Shown here piece after piece: positions 1 to 15,349 of a stretch of DNA of 64,000 nt. Each line of letters starts with the position of its first letter. The first letter of the stretch is position 1. The notes beneath the pieces are model-generated. The model was not told where the DNA came from. It saw only the letters and a program-made list of their open reading frames with translations, and searched no databases. Source of the stretch: the human T2T-CHM13v2.0 reference genome, Homo sapiens; the NCBI RefSeq assembly GCF_009914755.1, contig NC_060938.1. One strand, written 5' to 3'. A program made the position numbers and the translations under genes.

Positions 1-2365
1 GTAGATTATAACTTTTAAAAAAATTGCAGTTTACCAGATAATCCAGTGAAAACTTGTTCTTAATCATGTACAAGCTTGACAGTTTTACCTCTTTCTACCA
101 CAGAAAGTTGAGTTTTGTGAAATTTTATAACAATTATTAATCTAGTTATTTCTCTGATAATCTAGTCTTTTACCAGAAGACCATCTTGTAGGGATTTTAA
201 TTCAGTTTCCTTATACATTTGCTCATTCATTTGGTCATAGGATGTGTTCATATGAACCTCACCAATGATACCATTTGCACCAAGTAGCAATTACATTATG
301 ATTTAGATTGCTTACTAAATGTTTTCTCATCTTTCTCAACAAAATCAGCTCTTGCTTATATACCAAAATGTTGTAATTGACTGAGGCACCATAAGTTTCC
401 CATAAATTCATTCTTTTTGCTCGCTCTGCCAAGATACCAGGCCATTTTCCTTGCACTACCTTGGCTTTTAATTGAGGAGCGTACTTAATCCTTCTTGAGT
501 CTGGGTACATGTGTCTTCCCATCTTTATGTAACTGTTGAGTTTGTTTTATCATTTTTCCAGGCTGCTTGCCACCATTTCCCTTCCTCCTGAAATAACATT
601 TCTTGTCAACAACCAGTAGGTCATTAAGTCGTCTTGCTCAGTATGTCTCTTTTCATTAAAGGCAAATCGGGCTTACCATAGGACTCATAGAACTGTGCCA
701 GTGTTTCTGCCCAAATTGGTTTAACCATTAAATAAGTTGTTGCCATTGAGTTTTTATTGCTTGAATATAGTTTGAATATACCTTTTGGATCCAAAATCTT
801 TCAGGAACCTTTTGAGAGATGGCGGGCGAGGGAAGACAAAAGTTTTCAGTTCCCCGAGACAGTGTCTTATGAGTAGTAATTATTCTCAGCAAAAGATCAG
901 GGCTATAAGTGTGTAAGCCCACCTAGTTATCCTTTACTTGGTTTCAGTACTAAGAATTTTTTTAACCTTAGTGCCTTCCGCCCACAGAAACAAGGTACAT
1001 AGGCATTAGAGCACATGTTACTATGAGTAGTTGGAAATGCAGCAGTTATTTTATGTCTGTGTTTCTGGACACCTTTCTTAACAAATCATAACTGCGTTTA
1101 ATAGTTACGTGGTGGTCTGTGACTTCGTTGTTCAACAAAATCGTTTGTGTGCATTTCAGAGACAACGTGTCCTAATTTTGCCTCCCAAAAGTGGTTCTCT
1201 ACAATAGATAAAACCAATGGGAGCCAAAAGGCAAGCATTAGAATTATTCTGTGTTTATCCTCAAGATGTTGTTATTAGCATCATCAAGATTCAGACAAAA
1301 TTCTACAGATTAAATTATTAAATCTCCTGCAACCCATCTTAGACAGCTTCAAATAAAGGAGACAATTTCATCAGGTCTTATGGGCATCTGTAAATATAGC
1401 TAAGAGCATTCTCTTGCTCCCAGGCTCTTACGAGATACCAAAATAATGTTACCTTTCTTTTTTGCATTATTCATTTATTGGCTCCCTTTCTGAGAGTAAA
1501 GACTTTTCCTCCTTTCTCCTGTTGTTAGTTTTTTACCCAGACCTTGATCCCTGAGTTAGGAGACCATCACATTCGGCAAGAGGACTTACCTGTGGAGCTG
1601 ACAGCAATGTGAGACTGGCCAGTGCTTTTCCCCTTTGTCCATTCCCAGTCACATGATGTTGAGGTGGATAACTACAAGTTTATAGGACTGTCTTGTCCAC
1701 ATGTGAGGAAAGATGAAAAAAAAACATTAATTCCAAGCTTAGATAGGTGAAAATAAAAACAGTCCATTCCATCATTCCTCAGACAGTTATATTTAGAGGT
1801 ATTATCTTCATGTCATGTTTGCAACTGATCCGTCTTCCTGAGCTTGTAAATGTAATCCATATCCATGTTCTACATGATCAGTCAGAGAAAAAGAAAAATG
1901 TTCAGAAATATGGAGGAAATTGTTATCAGTTCCTGTGTTATTACTCCACCCCTCCCTTATTTTTCCTGAAGTATCTCTATAATCTGTTTAGTGTTGAGTC
2001 CCCCTTTAATTTCATGCCTTTTATGTTTTGACACACATTCCATCATGCAACTCTGTCTCTCATTACCACTTTGAAAAGTGTTTCAAACATTTGCTCCAAT
2101 ACTTTGTGTTTGGTAAGGTATATAAGTTAGTCTGTGGTAGATAATGGTTGTTAGCACATTGTTGAACTGCACCTGCAGTAAAGTGAGTTTCTTTATCAAA
2201 TGATATATAAGTAGGAGGTCTAAATTGAAATTGTTTCTGCTGCGGCCTCTAATAATGTTAAAGGTGATTCCTGCAGCTAACAGGTATACACATCCAAATG
2301 AGTGTGTATTCTAGACAAGACCTGTTGCTGTCCACGTGGAACCATAGATAATGGCCACCATAATT
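1..2365 (-). mobile_element. Decayed class III (ERVL-like) endogenous retrovirus internal region: integrase core, dUTPase-like segment and extra 3' region; runs off the window start
   Basis: Minus-strand translations: 2224-2141 FRPPTYISFDKETHFTAGAVQQCANNHY (cf. ERVL integrase FGxPxxIxSDQGTHFTAxxVQQWA); 1811-1785 MKIIPLNIT (cf. HERVL dUTPase-region TIPLNW); 1560-1470 PNSGIKVWVKN*QQEKGGKVFTLRKGANK* (cf. HERVL pol end PSGMKVWV...EGKGNTEW). Multiple stops and frameshifts. Confidence 0.7.
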
Positions 2366-6245
<3,880 letters not shown>

Positions 6246-6249
6246 TTAG

Positions 6250-7326
6250 ATCCATTAAATTTTTAGTAGCTACTAAGCTCCCCAGTTTATTGTCCTGAGA
6301 GGATTTTTAAATCCCTTTTAGTTTTTTTGTCCTGAATAATCCTAATCTTTTCCCTACCATTCAGCCCTATTAAGAAGGAACTGAGCTAGGTCTATGACAG
6401 CCTTCCTCACATCATTAGAAACCTGTGTCAGTACAGTCTCGTAGTATGAAACTAAACATGCGACTATGCCTACATGAGACTGGCAATACAGAATTAACTA
6501 ACATGGCCCTTGGTTTATACTAGTCCACAACATAAGGGGCAAGTGCCAGAAAATACTGCTGTAATTCTGATTTATTTAGTAATGTTGTTAATCTAACTCA
6601 CAATGTAAATGCTATTTGGTATAACTTTGGTATAATTGGTAAAAAATAATTTGACTGATTTTATCAAAACATTTGATAATACTAATATTGATGAATTGGG
6701 AACTTGACTTAAAACCACAAGGTATTCTCTTGATGGAAGGTGATTGGTTAGAGAAAGAACTACACTGAGTTAATTTTACATTGAATCAATATACTGGTAC
6801 ATTTTATAAAGTTCGATTTTTTTTTCTTTTTTTTTTTTTGAGACAGAGTCTCATTCTCTCACCCAGGCTGGAGTGCAGTGGCGCAGTCTTGGCTCACTGC
6901 AACCTCTGCCTCCCGAGTTCAATCAATCAGTTCTCCTGCCTTAGCCTCCTGGGTAGCTGGGATTACAGGCATGCGCCACCACACCTGGCTAATTTTTGTA
7001 TTTTTAGTAGAGATGGGGTTTCACCATGCTGGCCAGGCTGGTCTCGAACTCCTGACCTTGTGATCCACTTGCCTCGGCCTCCCAAAGTGCTGAGATTACA
7101 GGCATGAGCCACTGCGCCCAGCCCATAAAGTTCAATTTTTAACTGACAGAGTAAGTAAAGGGGTCATCAAGCTTGTACATGATTAAGAACAAGTTTGCAC
7201 TGGAATGTTTGGTAAACTACAGTGTTTCTTTAAAATTACACCTACACTTCATTGGATGGCTAAAAACGATTAGAAAAGAATGATGATGAGTAATTTGGTT
7301 AAGAAAGCTTGGTCCAGGGTGGGGAC
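6250..7326 (+). mobile_element. Second ERVL-like internal 3' region, related to about 1-820 in inverted orientation, ending in a polypurine tract
   Basis: Reverse-complement similarity to 1-330 (e.g. atctaactcacaatgtaaatgctatttggt vs atctaaatcataatgtaattgctacttggt), 30-nt identity 7167-7196 vs 50-79, and ERVL/MaLR-type PPT agggtggggac at 7316-7326. Interrupted by an Alu at 6817-7123. Confidence 0.6.
6817..7123 (-). mobile_element. AluS (Sc-like)
   Basis: Full dimer, TSD ataaagttc(g/a)atttt, small tcaa duplication near 6920. Confidence 0.93.
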
Positions 7327-7815
7327 TGTACAAGTCAGGATTAATCTCAACTGGGCTACTGTACCCCTGTGCTTATCTCCAAGAATACCAGGATCCATGG
7401 TGCTGATGTTTAGCCAAACCTGAATGAAGTATTAACTAGTGATGAATTCTGGGCCTGGGCTAGAGACTACGATAAACCAGGGGGCAACCTTGGGCTGGCT
7501 TGCCAGCATTGTTTAATAGAAAATGTAAAGATTGATTTTACATTTTTCACCTGGTTTCTGTCATGTTCCCTTGGTTTCTGCAGTTGAGCCTGGTCATGCT
7601 GGTCATGCAGCCCAATTTTGCCTACCTGACCAGAGAGGCATAAAAGACCTCTCCTTGAACAAGAATCAGGTTCTCCTGGGAGCTATGCCTAGAAGTTCTG
7701 GACCCCTCTAATGTTTCCCTGTGCCTGCTTTCTCCTTGCATACTGTGACCTCTACCTTTAATTAATGCCTGTTAGCCACAAGAATCCCAATTATATGACC
7801 CATATACCATCTCAT
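7327..7815 (+). mobile_element. Putative ERVL-type 3' LTR (family unassigned; right end approximate)
   Basis: Starts with TG immediately after the PPT. TATA-like cataaaa at about 7639, then a pyrimidine-rich segment and a poly(A)-like attaat at about 7761. Confidence 0.5.
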
Positions 7816-8605
7816 TTTGAAAAAAATATGAGTTGTGGCTTTTGTTTTATTTATTCTCAGAGATGGCCATCTAGGACATGTATTCAGCCAACAATATTTG
7901 CTCAGCTTATACATCACAGAGTTGTGTTACAAAGCCATCATTCCTCTGTCCTTTGATGAATCCTCAAATTACTTTGTTCTAGAATAAACTTTTTTATATT
8001 ACAAAAGAAATCTCATGAATTTACCTTCAGGTTCACGATACATACAAGAAATTAGCAAATCGCTAATAGAGAAGTTTTGGCTGTTGTGATTGGGTTCCAA
8101 CATTGTAACTGTGACTTTTATTCCTGATGTTGACAATGTGGAATGAGATGTATTAACTTATAAATACTGTGTTGCTCAAGTGAGACTAAAAGCACAATCC
8201 ATGCCACCTGCACCATAGCCCACTTTCAGCATAAAGAAACTCGAATGTATTCTTCAAGTAGTACACATCCTACATTGGAAGAATGTTGTTCTAAGATTTT
8301 ATAGGTAACTGTTGCTCCTGTGAAATTTGACAGTGAGATTCCTTCTATTTTTAGTGTAATAGGAAATGGCACCAATAGTATGCCATAGTATATATTTTGG
8401 GGGACAAAAATACTATGCTCATTTCACCACTTTATTCCTCTTTATTTCATGCAATTTTAGGTAGATGTGTATACTAAAATCCAACAGTATCCCAAAGAAA
8501 GACTGTTAAGAATAACAAAAAAACTAGCATATTAATCTCTTTTCTTGGGAATATTGAATATATTTCTTGTTACTTGTATCTAAGTTCTGACTCTGATTTT
8601 TACAG

Positions 8606-8674
8606 GGGAAACAAGGCAAACACATTTTATATGGCTGCAGTGAGCTTTTTAATGCTACACAGTTCATAAAACAG
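8606..8674 (+). CDS. SCFD1: SCFD1 penultimate coding exon (GKQGKHILYGCSELFNATQFIKQ), phase 0/0
   Basis: Acceptor ctctgatttttacag|GGG at 8605/8606 and donor CAG|gtaaag at 8674/8675. The exon is 69 nt and open. Spliced to the next exon it gives ...GKQGKHILYGCSELFNATQFIKQLSQLGQK*, which I recognise as the human SCFD1/Sly1 C-terminus. Not in the ORF track because it is short. Confidence 0.93.
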
Positions 8675-9076
8675 GTAAAGTATACATTTGTTGTTTGTTT
8701 CTGTTAACATACCCCTAGTTGCTATTGGTATTTTTCAAAAGAGAGAAAGAAAACCACTTACTCACCTGAACCAGCCGAAACCAAAGCCATCCAGCTATAC
8801 CAAGATAAGGTGTTTTCATGGACGACTAAGAAAACCTTGATAAGTAATAATGTTTCCAGTAGGAGTTTGCCCATCCTTCCAGAACTGAAAGCCTTTTCTT
8901 TGGCTTTTAATGATCCTTTAGAAATACAAAAATATATGAGAACTGTCAGTAGTGTGTCACTCATGACATTTCTCTTTATATTGTCACAAAGTTAGCACTA
9001 ATTTTTTTAATTCCCAGGGTTTTTCTTTTCCATCAATTGAACGTTACCTAATAATGTTTACATTTCTTTACTATGA

Positions 9077-9319
<243 letters not shown>

Positions 9320-9401
9320 TAAGGGGTTTACAAATATGTTTGAATGTTTCTTTTATGATCTTTTTTAAAAGTTTTATGTATGATTTTGTGTTTTGTTTTA
9401 G

Positions 9402-9425
9402 TTGTCACAACTTGGACAAAAGTAA
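9402..9425 (+). CDS. SCFD1: SCFD1 terminal exon, coding part (LSQLGQK-stop)
   Basis: Acceptor ttttgtgttttgttttag|TTG TCA CAA CTT GGA CAA AAG TAA, in frame with the 8606-8674 exon. Confidence 0.92.
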   Translation: MSQLGQK

Positions 9426-9630
9426 CACAGAAGAACCTTACTATGATAATCTACTTGGAATGTGGATAAATGTAAAAAGAAGAAAAGTTAGAAGAGCAAT
9501 ATGTTTCCTTCTCTGTAACAGTGTCCTAACAGTGAAAATCAGAGTTATTTGTTAATTTTTAAGGAAATTATATACTTAATATGTATTGATTAAAAGAAAC
9601 ATTTCAGAAATAAAATTTCAACATTGTTCA
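9426..9630 (+). other. SCFD1: SCFD1 3' UTR (about 200 nt; end approximate)
   Basis: Follows the TAA at 9423-9425 and runs to the ATTAAA/AATAAA signals. Confidence 0.75.
9589..9614 (+). terminator. SCFD1: Tandem polyadenylation signals ATTAAA (9589-9594) and AATAAA (9609-9614)
   Basis: Hexamers seen directly, followed by a CA and a T-rich downstream tract (ttgttcattttctct). Confidence 0.8.
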
Positions 9631-10981
9631 TTTTCTCTGATAAATCAGAAAGTACTAATATAATAACTAATAGGTTATGATTGAAGCTGGTGACATTTTA
9701 AGGTTATCATATTTAAATTTTATTTGATTGGTTCGTGAGTCCCCTACTTGTATGCATTTTAATTATACAACTACTTTCTCATAGTTTGTTGGGTATCCAT
9801 GTTGCCTATAGATTTTAGATGGAGATTTTAAGCCACTTTAAGTTCCCTTCTTCTGGCACACCTATGTATATTTTATCACATAAAGTCCCTCCTTCATGTA
9901 ATGGTGATCAAGGCAACACTAACATGATTTGGAATGGACAAATACAAAACAGTCATCTCATAAAGTTGTAAATAATACGTAAAAGTTAGTGTTAAACTTG
10001 ATTCCAAGCTTCTTTGGTATGCAGTACTGACAAGAAGTATTGATCAGTCATACCGTTCAGTACGTCTGTAAGATAAAAAGCAAGCCAATTGCTTGAAAGG
10101 GAAGAAAAATAAACACTTCCTATTATAAAGGCCAGGGAGCCTTCCCTCCTAATGAGCCTCATATCAACAGGAATCTGTAATGTTACTGACAATACATACA
10201 AGATTCACAGGTCAAGAAAAATAATTCTAGATAGGTAGGGGTCTGTTAATCTGACTGACTTATTCCTGAGACAAAAGTGTGTGGTGGAATGGAAGGACTG
10301 AGAATACATCAAGCAGTTTTTGTAAGTAACATAAGTAACGTTTATCCTATGCAGCCAGCTAGTTAAAGTCATATCCCTAAAAAAGGATCCTAGAAAGAAC
10401 ACAATCCCCAAACAGTAAGCCTCTCTACCTCACTGGGGTATGAGCTGAAAGAAAGAATCTCTAGTCAGGGTCCAGATTATATTTTTTTAACTTAATACAG
10501 ACACAAGTAATCAGGGTACTAAAGTTTGATGACACCAGTAATTATAGCCTAGAAAAAAATGTTATAGCAAATGTAATCAAATACTAACCTTGGCTGTTAA
10601 AAAAAAGCACTGTGGAAATGTGTTCAGGACAAACACAAAATGGCAGAGAATAGCTCACACCAAATACGATATTTCCTCTCTTAGTGCCAGCAATGTGCAT
10701 CACCCATTTACTTTATTCAGTGTTCATCAAGCTTGCAAAACTTTTACACTGCTCCTGACAGTGTACTAATAGTATTTGAAATGTAATTTCAGGACTTTCC
10801 CTGCACATTAATTTGTTTAAATGTTGTTATACTGAGTCTTTGAGACATAAATATAAATATTCCACACATAAACATGAAAAATCTCTCTCTTCAAGCAATA
10901 AATTATGACATAGGGCTAGAGAGGAAAAAAAGATGAAATTTAGGTATAAAATTCAAGATCCTTTCTATAAAGAAAACACTG

Positions 10982-11285
<304 letters not shown>

Positions 11286-11289
11286 ACAT

Positions 11290-12240
11290 TAACTGGAGAA
11301 AGATTTAGTGAGCGTACAGATATAAAAGATGTTAGAAAATACTTAAAGGATAGAAAAATATAAAAGCATATTTGAAAAAAACTAGAAGTTAAAAATAAAA
11401 TACCTAAAATTTAACTCAGTGGATAGTTTAGCAACAGATGAAATGTGACTAAGAAGAAAATCTGAACCAGAAGATGGAGCAAAAGAAATTATCTGCAATG
11501 TAACACAAAGAGATAATGGAAGCAAAGGAAAATAAAATAGATGAATAATGGGAAGGTCAACCAGACTGGGCAACAAAGGGAGCCCCCCACGCCTACAAAA
11601 AATAAAATTACCCGGGCTTGGTGGCACGTGCCTGTGGTCCCAGCACTCCAGCCTGGGAAACAGCAAGACCTTGTTTAAAGAATGGGAAGGTCTAACAGTC
11701 ATCTGGAGTTCCCAAAGGAGAAAAGAGATAAAATGTGGCAGTGATAACACTTGAGGAGATGATACCTAATAATTTTTCAAAATAGACACCTCCTAGCAGA
11801 ATAAAAAAAAGTTCACCCCTTGATATCATGAAACTGCAGAATACTAAAAGTAACTCTTAACAAAAACAGTACAAGAAAAATAAGATTCACTTCTAAGGAG
11901 GGAGGAGGAAGGGAAGGGGGCGGGAGGAGGAGGAGAGAGCTGACTTCTCAGGTGCAACCGTGAGACATAAAATTGTGGAATGGCATCTTTGAAACTAATG
12001 AAAGTGAACTGCCAACTTATATGTTAATATCTAGCAAAATGCTCTTAAGAGGACAAAGTACACACAGACAAAAAAAAAAAGTTTGCCACCAGCAGAATCT
12101 CACCAAAGGAATGTCTAAAGTGTATACTTCACGTGGGAGTAAAGTGATTCCAGGTGTGAAAAGGATTGAAAATAAAAATTATGTAAAACTAAAACAACAT
12201 TGTTTGAAACAACTTATGGCTTTAAAAAAAGAATTTAAAT
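11290..12240 (+). mobile_element. Old L1M ORF1-region fragment containing an AluJ fragment (about 11560-11677)
   Basis: A-rich L1 ORF1-like motifs (atctggagttcccaaaggagaaaagag; tttgccaccagcaga) and a deleted Alu piece. Confidence 0.6.
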
Positions 12241-12269
12241 ACATCACAACACAAACTGGAAGAACTCTT

Positions 12270-12305
12270 TTTTTTTTTTAGTATATGTGCTGCCGAAGCG
12301 AGCAC
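12270..12305 (-). pseudogene. U6 snRNA 5'-end retrocopy (about 30 nt plus oligo-A)
   Basis: Minus strand reads GTGCTCGCTTCGGCAGCACATATACTAAAA (the U6 5' end) followed by more A. 15-bp TSD actggaagaactctt at 12255-12269 and 12304-12318. Confidence 0.93.
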
Positions 12306-12331
12306 TGGAAGAACTCTTAATGATCCGAAAC

Positions 12332-12772
12332 TGTAGGATCTCCCAAATCCCAATTTTTCTTTGCCCTGACACAGGACAAACAAAATGCCTTGGCCACTGT
12401 GTGACCTGGCTAGCTTCATGTTTTCCCCTACAAGCTTGGACATTCCCAGGCACTGATAAGTTTTTTTATATTGCTGCCCAAAACACTCTTAAGATAAAAT
12501 GTAGAAGCTAGCCCTGGCTCTCAGCTGTATTCCTTAAACCCCACATAAACTCCATATCCCAATCCCCTTGTTGCAGACATCGTAGAACATCTTTTTTTTC
12601 TTACTCCATCACAAGTACCATTCTAGCACCCTGTAAGTTCCCTAATAAATGTTTTGGACTGATTTTGGAATCCCAACCAGCGCCATCTCAGAACAGTTGG
12701 GGGTAGTCACTTGCAACAATTTAACTGCCACTACTTTTGGGGTAACCAACCACAGGTTTGGCCAGACAGTGT
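12332..12772 (+). mobile_element. ERVL solo LTR, MER54/MER73/MER74 group
   Basis: Motifs ttgccctgac...ccttggccactgtgtgacc...cattcccaggcactgataag resemble the remembered MER74-group consensus; AATAAA at about 12644. Confidence 0.6.
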
Positions 12773-12905
12773 CATAAGGTCCTTGATTGGATAAAATGTG
12801 GCAGTGATAACACTTGAGATGATATCTAATAATTTTTTAAAACAGATAAACCCATTTTGCCATCTGTTAAGTACTCATTAACTTTATGTGTTTGTATATA
12901 TGTAC

Positions 12906-12906
<1 letters not shown>

Positions 12907-12936
<30 letters not shown>

Positions 12937-12950
12937 TGTATGTATGTATG
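12907..12950 (+). repeat. (TATG)11 microsatellite derived from an Alu tail
   Basis: Counted directly; abuts the antisense AluJ fragment at 12950-13028. Confidence 0.95.
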
Positions 12951-13028
12951 AGACAGGGGCTTGCTCTGTCGCCCAGCCTGGAGTACAGTGGCATGATTAC
13001 AGCTCACTGCAGCCTTAACCTCCCGGGC
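12950..13028 (-). mobile_element. AluJ right-arm fragment
   Basis: gagacaggggcttgctctgtcgcccagcctggagtacagtggc. Confidence 0.85.
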
Positions 13029-13029
13029 T

Positions 13030-13691
13030 ATGGGAGGTATACGGGAAGGGGTGTGGAGCTTCCGTGTCCTGTGTGGGGCACCACCCTTCCAGCTACCTCC
13101 CCATGTTCAGCAACCCAGAAGCTCTTGAAACTCTGTACTTGTGGGTTTTTAATGGAGACTTCATTAACAGGCAGGACTGATTAAATCACTGGCCATTGCT
13201 CATCAACTCAACTTTCAGTCCCTCTTCTTTTTATTTATTTATTTATTTATTATTATTATACTTTAAGTTTTAGGGTACATGTGCACATTGTGCAGGTTAG
13301 TTACATATGTATACATGTGCCACGCTGGTGCGCTGCACCCACTAACTCGTCATCTAGCATTAGGTATATCTCCCAATGCTATCCCTCCCCCCTCCCCCCA
13401 CCCCACAACAGTCCCCAGAGTGTGATGTTCCCCTTCCTGTGTCCATGTGTTCTCTTCTATCCTTGGAGATCAAAGGATAGGACTGAAAGTTCCAACCCTC
13501 TAATCACATGGTGAGTTCCCCTAGCAACCAGCCTCCGTCCTGTGGCTATCAAGGAGCCCCCAGCTATCAGGCATCTCATAACCTTACAAAAAGACATTAC
13601 TTTGGCTATTACAAGGGTTTCTGCACCTGTGTGCCAGGAATTGGGAACAAAGACCAAATCTATATGTGTTATTACAAATCACAGTATCACA
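13030..13691 (-). mobile_element. MER21-type LTR, interrupted by a young L1 3' end
   Basis: Ends atcacagtatcaca (the reverse complement of the MER21 start). Internal motifs gttcagcaacccagaagctc and ctgaaagttccaaccctctaatcac. Confidence 0.75.
13229..13454 (-). mobile_element. Very short young L1 3' end (L1PA2-like)
   Basis: Near-consensus 3' UTR with gtgcacattgtgcaggttag. Carries GAG (not ACA/ACG) at the Ta diagnostic site. (TTTA)n tail and TSD ctcttct (13222-13228 / 13452-13458). Confidence 0.9.
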
Positions 13692-14200
13692 CTGTATAAC
13701 CCAGCAATTCTATTGCTAGATATCTTCTCAAAAGAACTGAAAATGACTGAACAAATCTTGTACACCAACGTATTATGCACAATAGCCAAAAGGTGGAAAC
13801 AACCCAAATATCCATCATTGAATAAATAAATGTGATATATTCATTCAATGGAATATTTTTCAGCCATAAAAGAGAGTGAAGTACTGATACACGCTACAAC
13901 ATAGTTGAATCTTGAAAGCATTACGCGGAGTGAAAGAAACTAGACATAAAAGCTACATATTGTATTACTCCCTTTATATGAAATGTCCAGAACAGGCAAA
14001 TGCATAAAGACAGGAAGCAGATTTGTGGTTGCAGGGGTTAGGGGAATAGAGGGTGGGGAGTGACTGCTTAATGGGTACGATGTTTCATTTGGGGTGATGA
14101 AAAAGTTTTGGAATTAGATAGTGGTGATGGTTACACATTGTGAATATATGTAATACACTGAATTGTAAACTTTAAAATACATTTTATGTGTATTTTACAT
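13692..14200 (+). mobile_element. L1MB/MC-type 3' end
   Basis: aatagccaaaaggtggaaacaacccaaata; tagatagtggtgatggttacac. Confidence 0.8.
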
Positions 14201-14239
14201 CAATAACTTTATAATTATACTGGGAGATTCTTACATGGC

Positions 14240-15340
14240 ATTCACAAACAGGAAAAAATAAAGATGTAAAATATTTGAAAGTACAATTAACAAACGTTGC
14301 TAATTGACTACAGTGAACCTGTACTCAACAATTACAGAACATATAATCTTCTGAAGCAGGTATGGAATATTTTTAAAATCTGATCTTACCATGAAGCAAG
14401 CCAAATGGCTGAAATCATTTTGAGCATATCTGAATCACAATGTAAGTTAGAAATCAATAACAGACTTTCAATTCAAAAGCCCACACTGGGCTTAGTTGAG
14501 ACACAGTTCTAATTAACCCAATAAGTTATAAATTAGGAAATATTTTAAAATGAATAAGTTGAACAACCACAAAAATACTACATATTAAAACGTGTTGATA
14601 CAACTACAGAATTTTAAGGCCCATTTAGAGTTCAAAAACAAATTATAAAAATTAAGGTTAAAATTGATAAACTAAGCATCCATCACAAGAAGTTAGAAAA
14701 ATAATAAAATCAACAAGAAAAAGGTAGTAAAATGAAATAACAAAGCAGAAATTAATGAGTCAGAATCCAACGTGATAGAGAATGTTAAGGACTAAATTGT
14801 GTTACCACCCCCACCCCCTGGCATATTCACATGCTGAAGCTTTAATCTCCAATGTGACTACATTTACTTACAGATAGGGCTTTAGGTGGTAATTAAGGTT
14901 AAGTGAGGTCATAAAGATGAGGCGCTAATCCAATAGGACTGGTGTCCTTCTAAGAGGAGAAAGAGACACCAGACACCTCTCCCTCTCTCCACATGTGCAC
15001 AGAAGAAAGGCTGCATGAGGACCCAGCAAGAAGGTGGATATCTACAAGCCACCAAGAGACTTCACTGGGAACCAGCCCTGAGAGCACCTTGATCTTAGAC
15101 TTCCAGCCTCTGAACTGTGAGAAAATAAATGTCTGTTCTTTTAGCAACCGAGTCTACAGTATCTTGTCATGGCAGCCCAAGCTGATATACAGAAGAACAA
15201 ACTTCTGGCAAAACAGATGGAAGAAAAAAAAAAAAAAAGAAAATGAAAAGACACAAAACTCCAATACTAGGAATGAAAAAAGGGACATTACTACTCATCT
15301 TGTAGACATCATATAAGTAAAATGAAACTACTTCATATTA
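14240..15340 (+). mobile_element. Old L1M ORF2 5' fragment, interrupted by MLT1A
   Basis: Degenerate endonuclease/linker motifs (ttagaaatcaataaca; aggaatgaaaaaagggacattactac). Confidence 0.6.
14783..15191 (+). mobile_element. MLT1A-type MaLR solo LTR
   Basis: TG...CA ends; motifs ggtaattaaggttaagtgaggtcataag and gacttccagcctctgaactgtgagaaaataaatgtctgtt. Confidence 0.85.
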
Positions 15341-15349
15341 AAAAATGAA

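Noticed and set aside
7167-7220. SSLYMIKNKFALECL / SSLYMIKNKFSLDYL as an Env immunosuppressive domain (cf. LQNRxALDYL)
   Set aside because: The resemblance is weak, no CX6CC or TM helix follows before the PPT, and substitutions between the copies do not clearly favour this frame. Not called as env.
9340-9555. 71-aa ORF overlapping the SCFD1 last exon
   Set aside because: It starts in the intron, is in a different frame from the spliced SCFD1 CDS, and has no recognisable homology.
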